64,000 bases of DNA from Candidatus Coprenecus stercorigallinarum (GCA_018711305.1 DVIL01000014.1:9996-73995); one strand, 5' to 3'; positions 31,009 through 39,532 are shown, counted from the stretch's first letter. Notes: generated by a model from the sequence alone, not told the origin. Made by a program: numbers and translations.

Positions 31009-32022
31009 CTAAGCCGAGGCTGCGCGTCGGGTGCAGACGTAGGAGCAGACGGAACCTGCCGCGAAGATGATGCCTGTCGTGCTCATTATGTTGCCCAGGC
31101 CTACGAGGGGGGAGACTATGCCGCCGGCGGCGAAACCGAGAGCTCCGAGGAGGGCGGATGCGGCCACCATTCCTATACTGCCGCATCGCAGTGCCCGGTC
31201 CGGAGTCCTGAACCTTACCGAGGCAGCTGCCGCCACTACGATGGCAACTGCATTGATCCCGAAACAGATACTGAACATCATCGGAGTGAATCCGAAGTGC
31301 TCCTGCATTATGAAGGGCGCGGATGATATGTTGGCGAAGAGGACAGCCTGTGCGAAGGCGAACTGGAGGACGCACCAGACGTAGACCTTGTTCCGGAACA
31401 GGGAACCGGCGCTACGGAATACGTTTTTCCAGCTGCCCTTCACCCTTTGTGCGGCAGGCAGGGACTCTGAAAAATGGATGCTTCCCGCGAGCAATATTGT
31501 CCCTAAGCCCATGAGAATCCAGAAAATGCCTTTCCATCCCCAGCTTCCGCTCACCATTCCTCCTATCATCGGGGCTGCCACAGGGGCGACCCCGTTGATG
31601 GCTCCGATGACTGCGAGCATCTTCGCAAGATCCTGTCCGCGGTATTTGTCCGCTGCTACTGACCTGGATATGACGATACTGCCGGCCCCGGCCACACCCT
31701 GGACCAGCCTCCAGGCTACGAACTGGAAGATGTCATGCGCGAAGATACACCCTAGAGTGGACAGCAGGAACAGGATCATGGCTGTAATCAGCGGCGGACG
31801 GCGGCCATATCTGTCGCTGACCGGACCGAAGAGGAGCTGTCCTGCAGCCAGTCCTATCATGCTGGCTGTCAAGCCTAACTGGACCATGGATGACGAGGTG
31901 GAGAAATAGCCGGTCATCTCCGGCAGGGTGGGCAGGTACATGTCGGTGACCAGAGGACCGAAGGCGGTCAGGGTACCGAGGAATATCAGCAGGAATGCTT
32001 TTGAATTGTATCTTTCTTTCAT
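31009..32022 (-). CDS. MFS transporter, Bcr/CflA-like drug:H+ antiporter family (short)
   Basis: LGTLTAFGPLVTDMYLP and GPVSDRYGRRP motifs. Start set at ATG 32022, downstream of the -7 box at 32047-32054. Confidence 0.8.
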   Translation of the reverse strand: MKERYNSKAFLLIFLGTLTAFGPLVTDMYLPTLPEMTGYFSTSSSMVQLGLTASMIGLAAGQLLFGPVSDRYGRRPPLITAMILFLLSTLGCIFAHDIFQFVAWRLVQGVAGAGSIVISRSVAADKYRGQDLAKMLAVIGAINGVAPVAAPMIGGMVSGSWGWKGIFWILMGLGTILLAGSIHFSESLPAAQRVKGSWKNVFRSAGSLFRNKVYVWCVLQFAFAQAVLFANISSAPFIMQEHFGFTPMMFSICFGINAVAIVVAAAASVRFRTPDRALRCGSIGMVAASALLGALGFAAGGIVSPLVGLGNIMSTTGIIFAAGSVCSYVCTRRAASA

Positions 32023-32046
32023 ATTTTTTTGCTGTTTTTGTGGCCG

Positions 32047-32054
32047 CAAAAGTA
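32047..32054 (-). promoter_or_regulatory. candidate -7 box (TACTTTTG) for the MFS gene
   Basis: Perfect TAnnTTTG on the minus strand, 25 nt upstream of ATG 32022. Confidence 0.45.
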
Positions 32055-32140
32055 TTGAATATGTTCGTAATCCTTGTGCGCTTTAAAGTCCGGTGCTGTG
32101 CATTTTGAGAATCAACTGCGGATTTTTTGCCAAAAAACAT

Positions 32141-32148
32141 TAGTTTTG
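32141..32148 (+). promoter_or_regulatory. candidate -7 box (TAGTTTTG) for the AraC-miaA unit
   Basis: Perfect TAnnTTTG, 20 nt upstream of ATG 32168. Confidence 0.45.
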
Positions 32149-32167
32149 TGACCGAAACAGAATAACG

Positions 32168-33016
32168 ATGAATAAAGCCTTCTATTCAGATACACCGTGC
32201 GTACAGTACGGAGAGACGGACATGTCCGAGCTAATGCGCAATCCATGCAGGTTCGGCTGCGATGTTCAGATAGTCTGCACTGACGGGACCGCTGAGATAT
32301 CCACTGGAATACAGAGCTATACCATGCGTACAGGAACGGAACTGTTTCTGCTCGGAGGCAGCCTGGTGCAGGTGTGCGGCATGAGCCGGGATTTCAGGGC
32401 GAGGATGCTGCTGTATCCCAAGGATGTGGTGTTCAAGGCACTGCTTCCGCTCGATGCGTCATTTCTCAACTATATTCACGAATATCCTTTCTTCGATCAC
32501 CTTAGGCCCGGTGCCTTGGATGATGAGTGGAGTGACATCATGCAGTGGATGGACATGGCCCGTATGCTGTTCGGCCGGGCTCTGCCCAGTTTCCGAAAGC
32601 AGATTGAACAGAATTTCCTGCAGAGCATGCTCATGTACCTGTACAATAGGATTCCGCATAGGGAGATAGTCGGGTCCAGGGAAATCAGCCGCAGGCAGGT
32701 GCTCTGCCACCAGTTCGTGCGCCTTATCAGGGAAAACAGCGCTCATGAGCATCAGGTACCGTTCTATGCCGACAGACTCTGCATATCTTCAAGGTATTTG
32801 GGGGATATCGTCGCCGAAAATTTCGGAGGATTGACGCCGAAACAGCTGATCGACAAGCAGCTGATATCGGAGATAAAGGTCCAGCTGGACAATCCTCTGC
32901 TGTCCGTGAGCGAGATAGCCCAATATTTCAATTTCCCCGAGCATACTTCGATGAGCCGCTTCTTCAAGCGCAATACCGGAATGTCGCCCAAGGAGTACCG
33001 GGCTTCACGCAAATAG
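32168..33016 (+). CDS. AraC family transcriptional regulator
   Basis: 282 aa. C-terminal HTH_18 pattern ...SVSEIAQYFNFPEHTSMSRFFKRNTGMSPKEYR. Confidence 0.88.
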   Translation: MNKAFYSDTPCVQYGETDMSELMRNPCRFGCDVQIVCTDGTAEISTGIQSYTMRTGTELFLLGGSLVQVCGMSRDFRARMLLYPKDVVFKALLPLDASFLNYIHEYPFFDHLRPGALDDEWSDIMQWMDMARMLFGRALPSFRKQIEQNFLQSMLMYLYNRIPHREIVGSREISRRQVLCHQFVRLIRENSAHEHQVPFYADRLCISSRYLGDIVAENFGGLTPKQLIDKQLISEIKVQLDNPLLSVSEIAQYFNFPEHTSMSRFFKRNTGMSPKEYRASRK

Positions 33017-33018
33017 AT

Positions 33019-33954
33019 ATGAGTGCAATGAGTAGTGATCTGGACAAATACCGGTTGACTGTGGTTTTAGGGCCGACGGCCTCGGGCAAGACCCGCTATG
33101 CGGTGCGGATGGCAGGGGAGGCAGGAGCTGAGATTATCTCGGCGGACTCCCGTCAGATATACCGCGGAATGGACATAGGTACGGGTAAGGACCTGGACGA
33201 GTACATGTACGGGGGCCGGCCTGTGCCGTATCACCTGATAGACATCGTGGATGCCGGAGTCCGGTACGATATCTTCCGCTATCAGCGGGATTTCGCGGCG
33301 GCTTACAACGATATCGTATCGCGGGGCCGGCCGGTGATTCTCTGCGGAGGTTCCGGGCTGTACATCGAGTCGGTGACGCGGAACTATGCGATACCGGAGG
33401 TGCCTTCCAATCCGGCTCTCCGCGCAGAGCTGGAACAGTATTCGGACGAATATCTGATAGGTATGCTCAAGTCGCTGACAGTCCCGCACAATACTACCGA
33501 CTACGATACCCGCAAGCGGCTCATCCGGGCCATCGAGATAGCGGTGTACCAGAAGGAGCATCCGGAGGATGCGGGGGTGTTCGGGAAGAACAATGCCGGC
33601 GGTGAGAACTCAGGCTCTCTGGCCAGTTTTGCGCCGGAGGAAGTGCATTACATCGGACTGTCCGTCTCGCGGGACGAGCGCAATGCCCGTATCGACCGCC
33701 GTCTGGACGCCCGCCTGCAGGAGGGCATGATAGAGGAGGTCCGGCGCCTGCTGGACAGCGGCCTTTCGCCTGACGACCTTATCTATTACGGCCTGGAGTA
33801 TAAGTTCGTGACCCTGTACCTTACCGGTCAGATGAGCTATGACGAGATGCGCAGCCGCCTTGCCATCGCCATCCACCAGTTCGCGAAAAGGCAGATGACC
33901 TGGTTCCGGGGCATGGAGCGGCGCGGCATCCATATCGACTGGGTGACAGTCTGA
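33019..33954 (+). CDS. miaA: tRNA dimethylallyltransferase
   Basis: 311 aa. GPTASGKT P-loop, SADSRQIYRGMDIGTGK and QFAKRQMTWFR motifs. Confidence 0.95.
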   Translation: MSAMSSDLDKYRLTVVLGPTASGKTRYAVRMAGEAGAEIISADSRQIYRGMDIGTGKDLDEYMYGGRPVPYHLIDIVDAGVRYDIFRYQRDFAAAYNDIVSRGRPVILCGGSGLYIESVTRNYAIPEVPSNPALRAELEQYSDEYLIGMLKSLTVPHNTTDYDTRKRLIRAIEIAVYQKEHPEDAGVFGKNNAGGENSGSLASFAPEEVHYIGLSVSRDERNARIDRRLDARLQEGMIEEVRRLLDSGLSPDDLIYYGLEYKFVTLYLTGQMSYDEMRSRLAIAIHQFAKRQMTWFRGMERRGIHIDWVTV

Positions 33955-33975
33955 CCTTATTTTCGGAAACATATC

Positions 33976-34106
33976 AGCTGTAGAGAAGGCATAGCCCTGA
34001 AAAGTACGCGCTTCGCGCTATCCCTCCCACTGCTTGGCAGTGGGCCCCTCCCGTTCACGGAATCACGGGCGATTACGCTTTTCAGGGCTATGACTTCTCT
34101 ACAGCT
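33976..34106. repeat. palindromic element: 29-bp inverted repeat (1 mismatch) enclosing a variant G/C-rich core
   Basis: Arms are 33976-34004 and 34078-34106. The loop holds TCCCTCCCACTGCTTGGCAGTGGGCCCCTCCC. The right arm overlaps the stop codon of the ybaK-like gene. Confidence 0.85.
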
Positions 34107-34593
34107 CCTCCCATTCGCCGCCCCACAGCTGGATGAAGCGGTACATGTCGTCGCGGGAGATTTCCAGCGAGGCGGTATTGTCGTTGGGGTGGAATGTCAC
34201 TCTCTCCGCCTGCCGCAGGTCCTTGTCCAGATAGAGTTTGACCTGATGGTCCGGGTCGTTGATCAGCCCGAAGAGGGAGACCGAGCCGGGGACTGTGCCG
34301 AGGTACTTCTCCATCCTCTGCTCCGAGGCGAAGGACAGCTTGCCCTGATGCAACTGATGCTCCAGTCCGTGGATGTCCATCTGCTTGTGGCACTCGAGTA
34401 TCACCAGATAGTGCCGGTTCCCCTTGTGGTTCCTGAAAAACAGGTTCTTGCAATGCGTCGAATCGAAGTCCTTCCAGTACTTCATCGCCTCCTCGATCGT
34501 AGGAAGGGGCGGATGCTCGTGGATTACGTAGCCTATATTCCATTCTTTAAGTTTGTCCAGCACTTTCTGCCGTCTTTCTTCTGCTGTCTCCAT
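34099..34593 (-). CDS. YbaK/ProX-like aminoacyl-tRNA editing domain protein
   Basis: Reads as a prolyl-tRNA-synthetase-associated editing-domain family member (HCKNLFFRNHKGNRHYLVI). Start set at ATG 34593, downstream of the -7 box. Confidence 0.75.
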   Translation of the reverse strand: METAEERRQKVLDKLKEWNIGYVIHEHPPLPTIEEAMKYWKDFDSTHCKNLFFRNHKGNRHYLVILECHKQMDIHGLEHQLHQGKLSFASEQRMEKYLGTVPGSVSLFGLINDPDHQVKLYLDKDLRQAERVTFHPNDNTASLEISRDDMYRFIQLWGGEWEEL

Positions 34594-34615
34594 GTCTGAT
34601 TCTTTTATCGGGCCG

Positions 34616-34623
34616 CAAATATA
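34616..34623 (-). promoter_or_regulatory. candidate -7 box (TATATTTG) for the ybaK-like gene
   Basis: Perfect TAnnTTTG on the minus strand, 23 nt upstream of ATG 34593. Confidence 0.45.
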
Positions 34624-34646
34624 GTCCATTCTCTCCGGATCTTGTG

Positions 34647-34654
34647 TATTTTTG
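34647..34654 (+). promoter_or_regulatory. candidate -7 box (TATTTTTG) for glsA
   Basis: Perfect TAnnTTTG, 19 nt upstream of ATG 34673. Confidence 0.45.
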
Positions 34655-34672
34655 CAGTTTTAAAGTCAGAAT

Positions 34673-35587
34673 ATGGATTATCAGAATGTGATTGACGGGA
34701 TTCATTCCCGGTTGAAGGATCTGTGGGGTCAGGGTCGTGTGGCGGATTACATTCCGGCGTTGGCGGAAGTGGATCCGAGGCAGTTCGGGATCGCGGTGGC
34801 GGCTCTTGACGGCAGTGAGTACAGATGCGGGGATGCGCAGGTGTGCTTTTCGATCCAGAGTATCTCGAAGGTGTTTACCCTGGCGATGGTGATCCAGCGC
34901 CTCGGGGACGATATCTGGAAGTCGGTGGGACGCGAGCCTTCAGGCAACCCTTTCAATTCGCTGGTGCAGCTTGAGTATGAGCATGGCATTCCGCGCAATC
35001 CTTTCATCAATGCGGGTGCGCTGGTGGTCACTGACCGCCTGATATCGCTGTATTCTCACCCGAAGGATGCGGTACTCGAGTTTGTCCGGGGGCTGTGCGG
35101 CAACGATGACATTTATTACAACAAGGAGATAGCCCGTTCGGAACGGCTCAATGCCGACCGCAACATGGCACTGGCTTATTTTATGAAGAGTTTCGGCAAT
35201 ATCGTCAATGACGTGGATACTCTTCTCGATGTCTATTGCCACCAGTGCGCCATATCGATGTCGTGCGTGGATCTGGCGCGGGCTTTTCTCTTTCTGAGCA
35301 ACCGTGGAGTGAATCAGTCGGACGGTACCCGTATCCTGACAGTCAGCCAGGCGAAGCGGCTCGGGGCCCTGATGCTTACCTGCGGCTTCTACGATGAGTC
35401 GGGTGACTTTGCCTTCCGTGTCGGACTTCCCGGCAAGAGCGGTGTCGGCGGAGGGATTGCGGCCTATATCCCGGGCAGTCTCGCCATTACCGTATGGAGT
35501 CCTGAGTTGAACCGTCACGGCAACTCTCTCGTCGGGATGGCCGCCCTCGAGCAGTTCACCACTGACATCGGCAACTCTATCTTCTAA
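34673..35587 (+). CDS. glsA: glutaminase A
   Basis: 304 aa. GRVADYIPALA, FSIQSISKVF and LPGKSGVGGGI motifs. Confidence 0.95.
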   Translation: MDYQNVIDGIHSRLKDLWGQGRVADYIPALAEVDPRQFGIAVAALDGSEYRCGDAQVCFSIQSISKVFTLAMVIQRLGDDIWKSVGREPSGNPFNSLVQLEYEHGIPRNPFINAGALVVTDRLISLYSHPKDAVLEFVRGLCGNDDIYYNKEIARSERLNADRNMALAYFMKSFGNIVNDVDTLLDVYCHQCAISMSCVDLARAFLFLSNRGVNQSDGTRILTVSQAKRLGALMLTCGFYDESGDFAFRVGLPGKSGVGGGIAAYIPGSLAITVWSPELNRHGNSLVGMAALEQFTTDIGNSIF

Positions 35588-35693
35588 CCCTTTAGCGTTG
35601 CTGCCAGATTTTCCGTCCGGCCCATTTTGCCAGGGGAAGGTGCGTTGTTTCTGTCGCGATTCCGGTTTGCTTTTTCCTTTGTGATGTGCTTAT

Positions 35694-35797
35694 GGAAAAT
35701 CCGGCAGTCGAAAAGACCAGGCCCTCCCACCGCTTTGCGGCGGGCCCCTCCCTCTAGAGCCGAGGGCGGCTAGTCTTTTCTCGTTGCTGGATTTTCC
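35694..35797. repeat. palindromic element (imperfect arms) with GGGAGGG-type core, copy 4
   Basis: GGAAAATCCGGCAGTCGAAAAGACC...CCCTCCCACCGCTTTGCGGCGGGCCCCTCCC...CTGGATTTTCC. Near-identical to 54294-54397. Confidence 0.85.
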
Positions 35798-35822
35798 ATC
35801 CGGTCCCATTTCAGGCTCCCTT

Positions 35823-35862
35823 CCGCAATGGCAGGGAATTCCGTGGTTCGGTGCCGTTATGG
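35823..35862 (-). repeat. REP-like hairpin, copy C1
   Basis: The reverse complement reads CCATAACGGCA-CCGAACCACGGAATTCCC-TGCCATTGCGG. Same 11+18+11 layout as the copies at 21977 and 22084. Confidence 0.6.
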
Positions 35863-35890
35863 TAAGCGTTAGTGTGTAATTAGCTGTTCA

Positions 35891-35928
35891 GAGTTCTTCT
35901 CGAAAGTTTTTTAAGGGCTTGGGAGAAC
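35891..35928 (+). repeat. 38-nt hairpin-forming repeat upstream of the RAYT-like gene
   Basis: GAGTTCTTCTCGAAAGTTTTTTAAGGGCTTGGGAGAAC. A direct copy lies at 37010-37047. Confidence 0.65.
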
Positions 35929-36052
35929 GTGGCTAAGATGTTATATTTTGATTGTCCGGTGGTTGCGTGTGTGAAAAGGTGTTTGTAAATTCAGATTATG
36001 CGTGCGGATGAAGTGATGGTATGAAATTGATGGGTTGAAGAGGAAAATTGTG

Positions 36053-36060
36053 TATATTTG
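36053..36060 (+). promoter_or_regulatory. candidate -7 box (TATATTTG) for the RAYT-like gene
   Basis: Perfect TAnnTTTG, 32 nt upstream of ATG 36092. Confidence 0.45.
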
Positions 36061-36091
36061 CCGGGAAGTCTTATAAACAAGTGGGTGAGAG

Positions 36092-36949
36092 ATGAAGGGA
36101 TATTGGCATGTATGTACTGATGGACTGGAGAAAGGTCTGATCTTCAAGGATAAGGATGATTTTATTTTCGGGATGAACGGTGTCCCGGTATGTGCGCTGA
36201 GGCATGGTGTCTATGTCTTGGCCTTTTGTTTGATGGACAATCATGTTCACTTTATTCTGGCGGGTGATGAATTCTCGTGCCGGAATTTTATTCTGTCGTA
36301 CAAGCGGCGCTTGTTCTCTCTGGCTGATCTTGACGGTGTGGATGTGTGTGTGAAGAAGATAGGGGATAAGGAATACCTGCTTAAGGCTATTGCATATGTC
36401 CTTCGTAATCCGTTGACTTCCAGGCAGAAGATATTGCCTTATCTTTACAGATGGAGCTCAGGGGCTGTCTGTTTTGGCGGAGAATGCTCAAGTCGCGGCA
36501 GCGGGGAGCTAACAGTGGCTGATGTGGGTGTCAGAAGGATGCGTAGTGTACTCCGTTCCAATTTCATACTTCCCGGGCACTATAGGCTGACATCGGACGG
36601 TATGGTGATGCCTGAGAATTATGTCAGGGCTGATATTGTAGAGCGCCTGTTCGGTTCGCCAGTTCAGATGATGTATTATGTGCTTCGGAATGATGTGGTT
36701 GAGATGGCGCTGGCAGGTGGTGTGCTAAAAAAGGTGCGTTACGATGATTCAGATCTTGTCAGTTCAGTTCTGAGTATCTGTAAAAAGCAGTTCCATGTAG
36801 CATCGTTGGAGAACCTCTGTATGGAGGATAAATGCCGTTTGGCCGGTATCCTGAGGAAGAAATACGGGATAGGCGTCAAGCAGATAGCCAGATTGACAGG
36901 TCTTAGTCCGGAACTGGTCAGAAAGGTCCTGGAGGGTGAAGGATTCTAA
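36092..36949 (+). CDS. IS200-like / REP-associated tyrosine transposase (RAYT)-like HUH Y1 protein with C-terminal HTH
   Basis: 285 aa. HUH motif in LMDNHVHFIL, Tyr motif AIAYVLRNP, and a C-terminal helix-turn-helix (GVKQIARLTGLSPELVRKVL). Confidence 0.7.
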   Translation: MKGYWHVCTDGLEKGLIFKDKDDFIFGMNGVPVCALRHGVYVLAFCLMDNHVHFILAGDEFSCRNFILSYKRRLFSLADLDGVDVCVKKIGDKEYLLKAIAYVLRNPLTSRQKILPYLYRWSSGAVCFGGECSSRGSGELTVADVGVRRMRSVLRSNFILPGHYRLTSDGMVMPENYVRADIVERLFGSPVQMMYYVLRNDVVEMALAGGVLKKVRYDDSDLVSSVLSICKKQFHVASLENLCMEDKCRLAGILRKKYGIGVKQIARLTGLSPELVRKVLEGEGF

Positions 36950-37009
36950 TTCGCAAGCACAGGGGAGATTGTGTAAGTGTCAGTAAACAAAGAAGATACT
37001 CCTTATAGC

Positions 37010-37047
37010 GAGTTCTTCTCGAAAGGTTTTTAAGGTCCGAGAAGAAC
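37010..37047 (+). repeat. 38-nt hairpin repeat downstream of the RAYT-like gene
   Basis: GAGTTCTTCTCGAAAGGTTTTTAAGGTCCGAGAAGAAC with a perfect 10-bp stem (GTTCTTCTCG / CGAGAAGAAC). Confidence 0.7.
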
Positions 37048-37148
37048 CGCTGGAGTCGTGTAACTGTCTGGTTTTTAGGTTGCAGTGCTTAAATGGCTGT
37101 GTTTCTGAATTCAAGTTTGTTGTGGTCGAGGGGAGGAGGCTGTGTGGA

Positions 37149-38165
37149 TTAAAGTTTTATGGCAAACCGCTTGAGTCTGGAGTCGAGCATCTCTTCCGGG
37201 ACAATGTGCTTGATGCAGCCGGCGATGACGTTGAGCAGCCGCTCGCGGACGTAGTCCTCCCGGATGACGAGGGAGACTTCGCGGACGGGGATGCAGGTGG
37301 GGCAGTCCGGGGTGCCGGAGGGGCCGGACTTTCGGACGATAGGGCGGAGGTTCCTGCGCTGCTCCTCGGTGAGGAAGGCGGTGTGCAGTTCCGGAATGAC
37401 GGTGTAGCCTCCGTTGGTATCTACGATGCGTACGAGCGTGTCGATGCTGCCGGCCTGGTACTCGGTGTGGGTGTGCCGGTGACTGTGGCAGAAGTTGAAG
37501 ACCTGGCTGCGTAGGCAGTGGCCTTCTTCCAGTATCCACAGCCGGTCGGATGCCAGGCTGTCGGCCGGAATCTCGCTCAGTGCGTACAGTTCGTCGGCGG
37601 GGGAGATGTAGGCAGCGAATTTCTCGTAGTAGAGCGGAATCTCCAGCAGGCCTTTCTGCTCCAGCGGTGTGGCTAAGATGGCCATGTCAATCTCGGCTGA
37701 CAGCAGCTTCCCGATGATGAATTTGGTGCGCATCTCGGAGACTTTCAGGTGTACTGCGGGGAAATCGGAATGTATACGCTTGAAAAGCCCCGGCAGTATG
37801 TACGGTGCGATGGTCGGAATGATGCCCATGGAGGCTTCTCCGCCCTCGTCCCCTTTTTCTGCTGCGACCAGTTCTTGCAGCATGGAGGCGTTGTGCAGGG
37901 TCACCCGGGCCTGGGCGATGATCTTCTCCCCAAGGGCGGTGGGCCGGACGGGATGTGCTCCCCGGTCGAATATGCTTACGTCCAGGGCAGTCTCTATGCT
38001 GCGTATGCCGGCGCTCAGGGTCGGCTGGGTGACACCGCAGGCCTCGGCTGCCCTGACGAAGTTGCGGTGGGTGTCCACGGCTACGATGTAGCGCAGGGCG
38101 GTAAGGCTCAGATTGAGTTCGGCCGGAGTGCTTCCGGTGTTTGCGGGGGAGGTCTGTGTTTTCAT
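37149..38165 (-). CDS. oxyR: LysR family regulator, OxyR-like (hydrogen peroxide-inducible genes activator)
   Basis: LTALRYIVAVDTHRNFVRAAEACGVTQPTLSAGIRSIE HTH. Divergent from a peroxiredoxin gene. Start at ATG 38165, downstream of the -7 box. Confidence 0.8.
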   Translation of the reverse strand: MKTQTSPANTGSTPAELNLSLTALRYIVAVDTHRNFVRAAEACGVTQPTLSAGIRSIETALDVSIFDRGAHPVRPTALGEKIIAQARVTLHNASMLQELVAAEKGDEGGEASMGIIPTIAPYILPGLFKRIHSDFPAVHLKVSEMRTKFIIGKLLSAEIDMAILATPLEQKGLLEIPLYYEKFAAYISPADELYALSEIPADSLASDRLWILEEGHCLRSQVFNFCHSHRHTHTEYQAGSIDTLVRIVDTNGGYTVIPELHTAFLTEEQRRNLRPIVRKSGPSGTPDCPTCIPVREVSLVIREDYVRERLLNVIAGCIKHIVPEEMLDSRLKRFAIKL

Positions 38166-38200
38166 TGTACCTTGTATTCTTGCCGGTGATTGCCGGTGGA

Positions 38201-38208
38201 CAAATATA
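38201..38208 (-). promoter_or_regulatory. candidate -7 box (TATATTTG) for oxyR
   Basis: Perfect TAnnTTTG on the minus strand, 36 nt upstream of ATG 38165. Confidence 0.45.
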
Positions 38209-38266
38209 TAGAAAATTTCAATAATGATATAAAAATTATCGATTTGATTTATAAAAACCGCTGCCG

Positions 38267-38274
38267 TATCTTTG
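38267..38274 (+). promoter_or_regulatory. candidate -7 box (TATCTTTG) for prx-trx
   Basis: Perfect TAnnTTTG, 51 nt upstream of ATG 38325. An AT-rich dyad region at 38225-38256 could be the OxyR operator. Confidence 0.45.
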
Positions 38275-38324
38275 CACCGTAAAACAAAAACAAACGGAAT
38301 ATTAATCATTAAAAATCAATAATT

Positions 38325-39062
38325 ATGGACAACAGCAACAACATCCAGACCCAGAACCAGCAGCAGTTTTATCCGATGCCCCGTATAGGCGACCAGGCCC
38401 CCGCTTTCGAGGCCGTAACCACCCAGGGCAAGATCCGTTTCCCCGAGGATTTCAAGGGCAAGTGGAAGATTCTCTTCAGCCATCCCGCTGATTTCACCCC
38501 TGTCTGCACCTCCGAGTTCATGACCTTCGCCTCCCGCGCCGCCGAGTTCGAGGCTCTCAACACCCAGCTCATCGGTCTCTCCGTGGACGGTCTCTACAGC
38601 CACATTGCATGGCTGCGCACCATTCAGGAGAAGATAGAGTACAAGGGCATGAAGAATGTCGAGGTACGCTTCCCCCTCATCGAGGACATCACCATGGATA
38701 TTGCCCGCAAGTACGGCATGATCCAGCCCGGCGAGAGCGCTACACAGGCAGTAAGAGCCGTATTCTTCATTGACCCGAAGAACGTCATCCGTACCATTAT
38801 CTACTATCCCCTCTCGCTTGGCAGGAATTTTGATGAGCTCAAGAGAGTGCTCATAGGCCTGCAGACCGCAGATGAGTTCGGAGTGGCCCTGCCCGCCGAC
38901 TGGCAGCCCGGAGACGAGGTTATCGTGCCTACGGCCGGTTCCTGCGGAGTGGCCAAGAGCCGTATGGACGGAGAGGAAGGTGACATGAAGTGCTACGACT
39001 GGTTCTTCTGCACCCGCCAGCTCCCCAAGGACAGGATAGAGGATAAAATTTACAGGAAATAA
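38325..39062 (+). CDS. peroxiredoxin (Prx6-like subfamily)
   Basis: 245 aa. Peroxidatic Cys motif FSHPADFTPVCTSE; also SVDGLYSHIAW. Confidence 0.9.
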   Translation: MDNSNNIQTQNQQQFYPMPRIGDQAPAFEAVTTQGKIRFPEDFKGKWKILFSHPADFTPVCTSEFMTFASRAAEFEALNTQLIGLSVDGLYSHIAWLRTIQEKIEYKGMKNVEVRFPLIEDITMDIARKYGMIQPGESATQAVRAVFFIDPKNVIRTIIYYPLSLGRNFDELKRVLIGLQTADEFGVALPADWQPGDEVIVPTAGSCGVAKSRMDGEEGDMKCYDWFFCTRQLPKDRIEDKIYRK

Positions 39063-39532
39063 TGAAACGCATAACAACACTACTATTAACAGCCGGAATC
39101 CTGCTTCTGTCCGCTGTCCCGAACGGGGCGGCCGGGCAGGAGAGGGGAGCCGGGAAAAACGACGAAGGTATGGGAAAAGTACAGCATATAACGAAAGCGG
39201 AATTTCTGCAGAAAGTGTATAATTACGAATCCAATCCCCAGGAATGGAAATACGAGGGCGAGGGTCCTGCCATTGTGGATTTCTTCGCGACCTGGTGCGG
39301 ACCGTGCAAGGCTCTCGGTCCTGTCCTGGACGAACTTGCGGCCGAGTACGGAGACAAGCTGACGATTTACAAGGTGGACGTGGACCAGGAGCGCGAACTG
39401 GCCGGAGCCTTCGGTATCCGCTCGGTGCCTACGCTGCTCTTCATCCCCGCCAACGGGGATCCGTCGATGAGTCCCGGTGCGCCTTCCAAGTCCCAGCTTA
39501 AACAGATTATCGACGAGCATCTGCTGAAATAG
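39062..39532 (+). CDS. thioredoxin with N-terminal signal peptide
   Basis: 156 aa. Hydrophobic leader and WCGPC active site. Confidence 0.88.
   Translation: MKRITTLLLTAGILLLSAVPNGAAGQERGAGKNDEGMGKVQHITKAEFLQKVYNYESNPQEWKYEGEGPAIVDFFATWCGPCKALGPVLDELAAEYGDKLTIYKVDVDQERELAGAFGIRSVPTLLFIPANGDPSMSPGAPSKSQLKQIIDEHLLK

Noticed and set aside
30994-31010. Identical 17-mer GAGCAAATTTATTTGCT also at 63308-63324, as a possible regulatory palindrome
   Set aside because: Both copies contain a minus-strand TAAATTTG promoter box upstream of a minus-strand gene. An AT-rich 17-mer match is only weakly significant in a 64-kb window. I treat these as similar promoters, not a new motif.
37080-37539. Pro/Arg/His-rich ORFs on both strands inside oxyR
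   Set aside because: These are compositional artefacts within a well-supported LysR-family gene.
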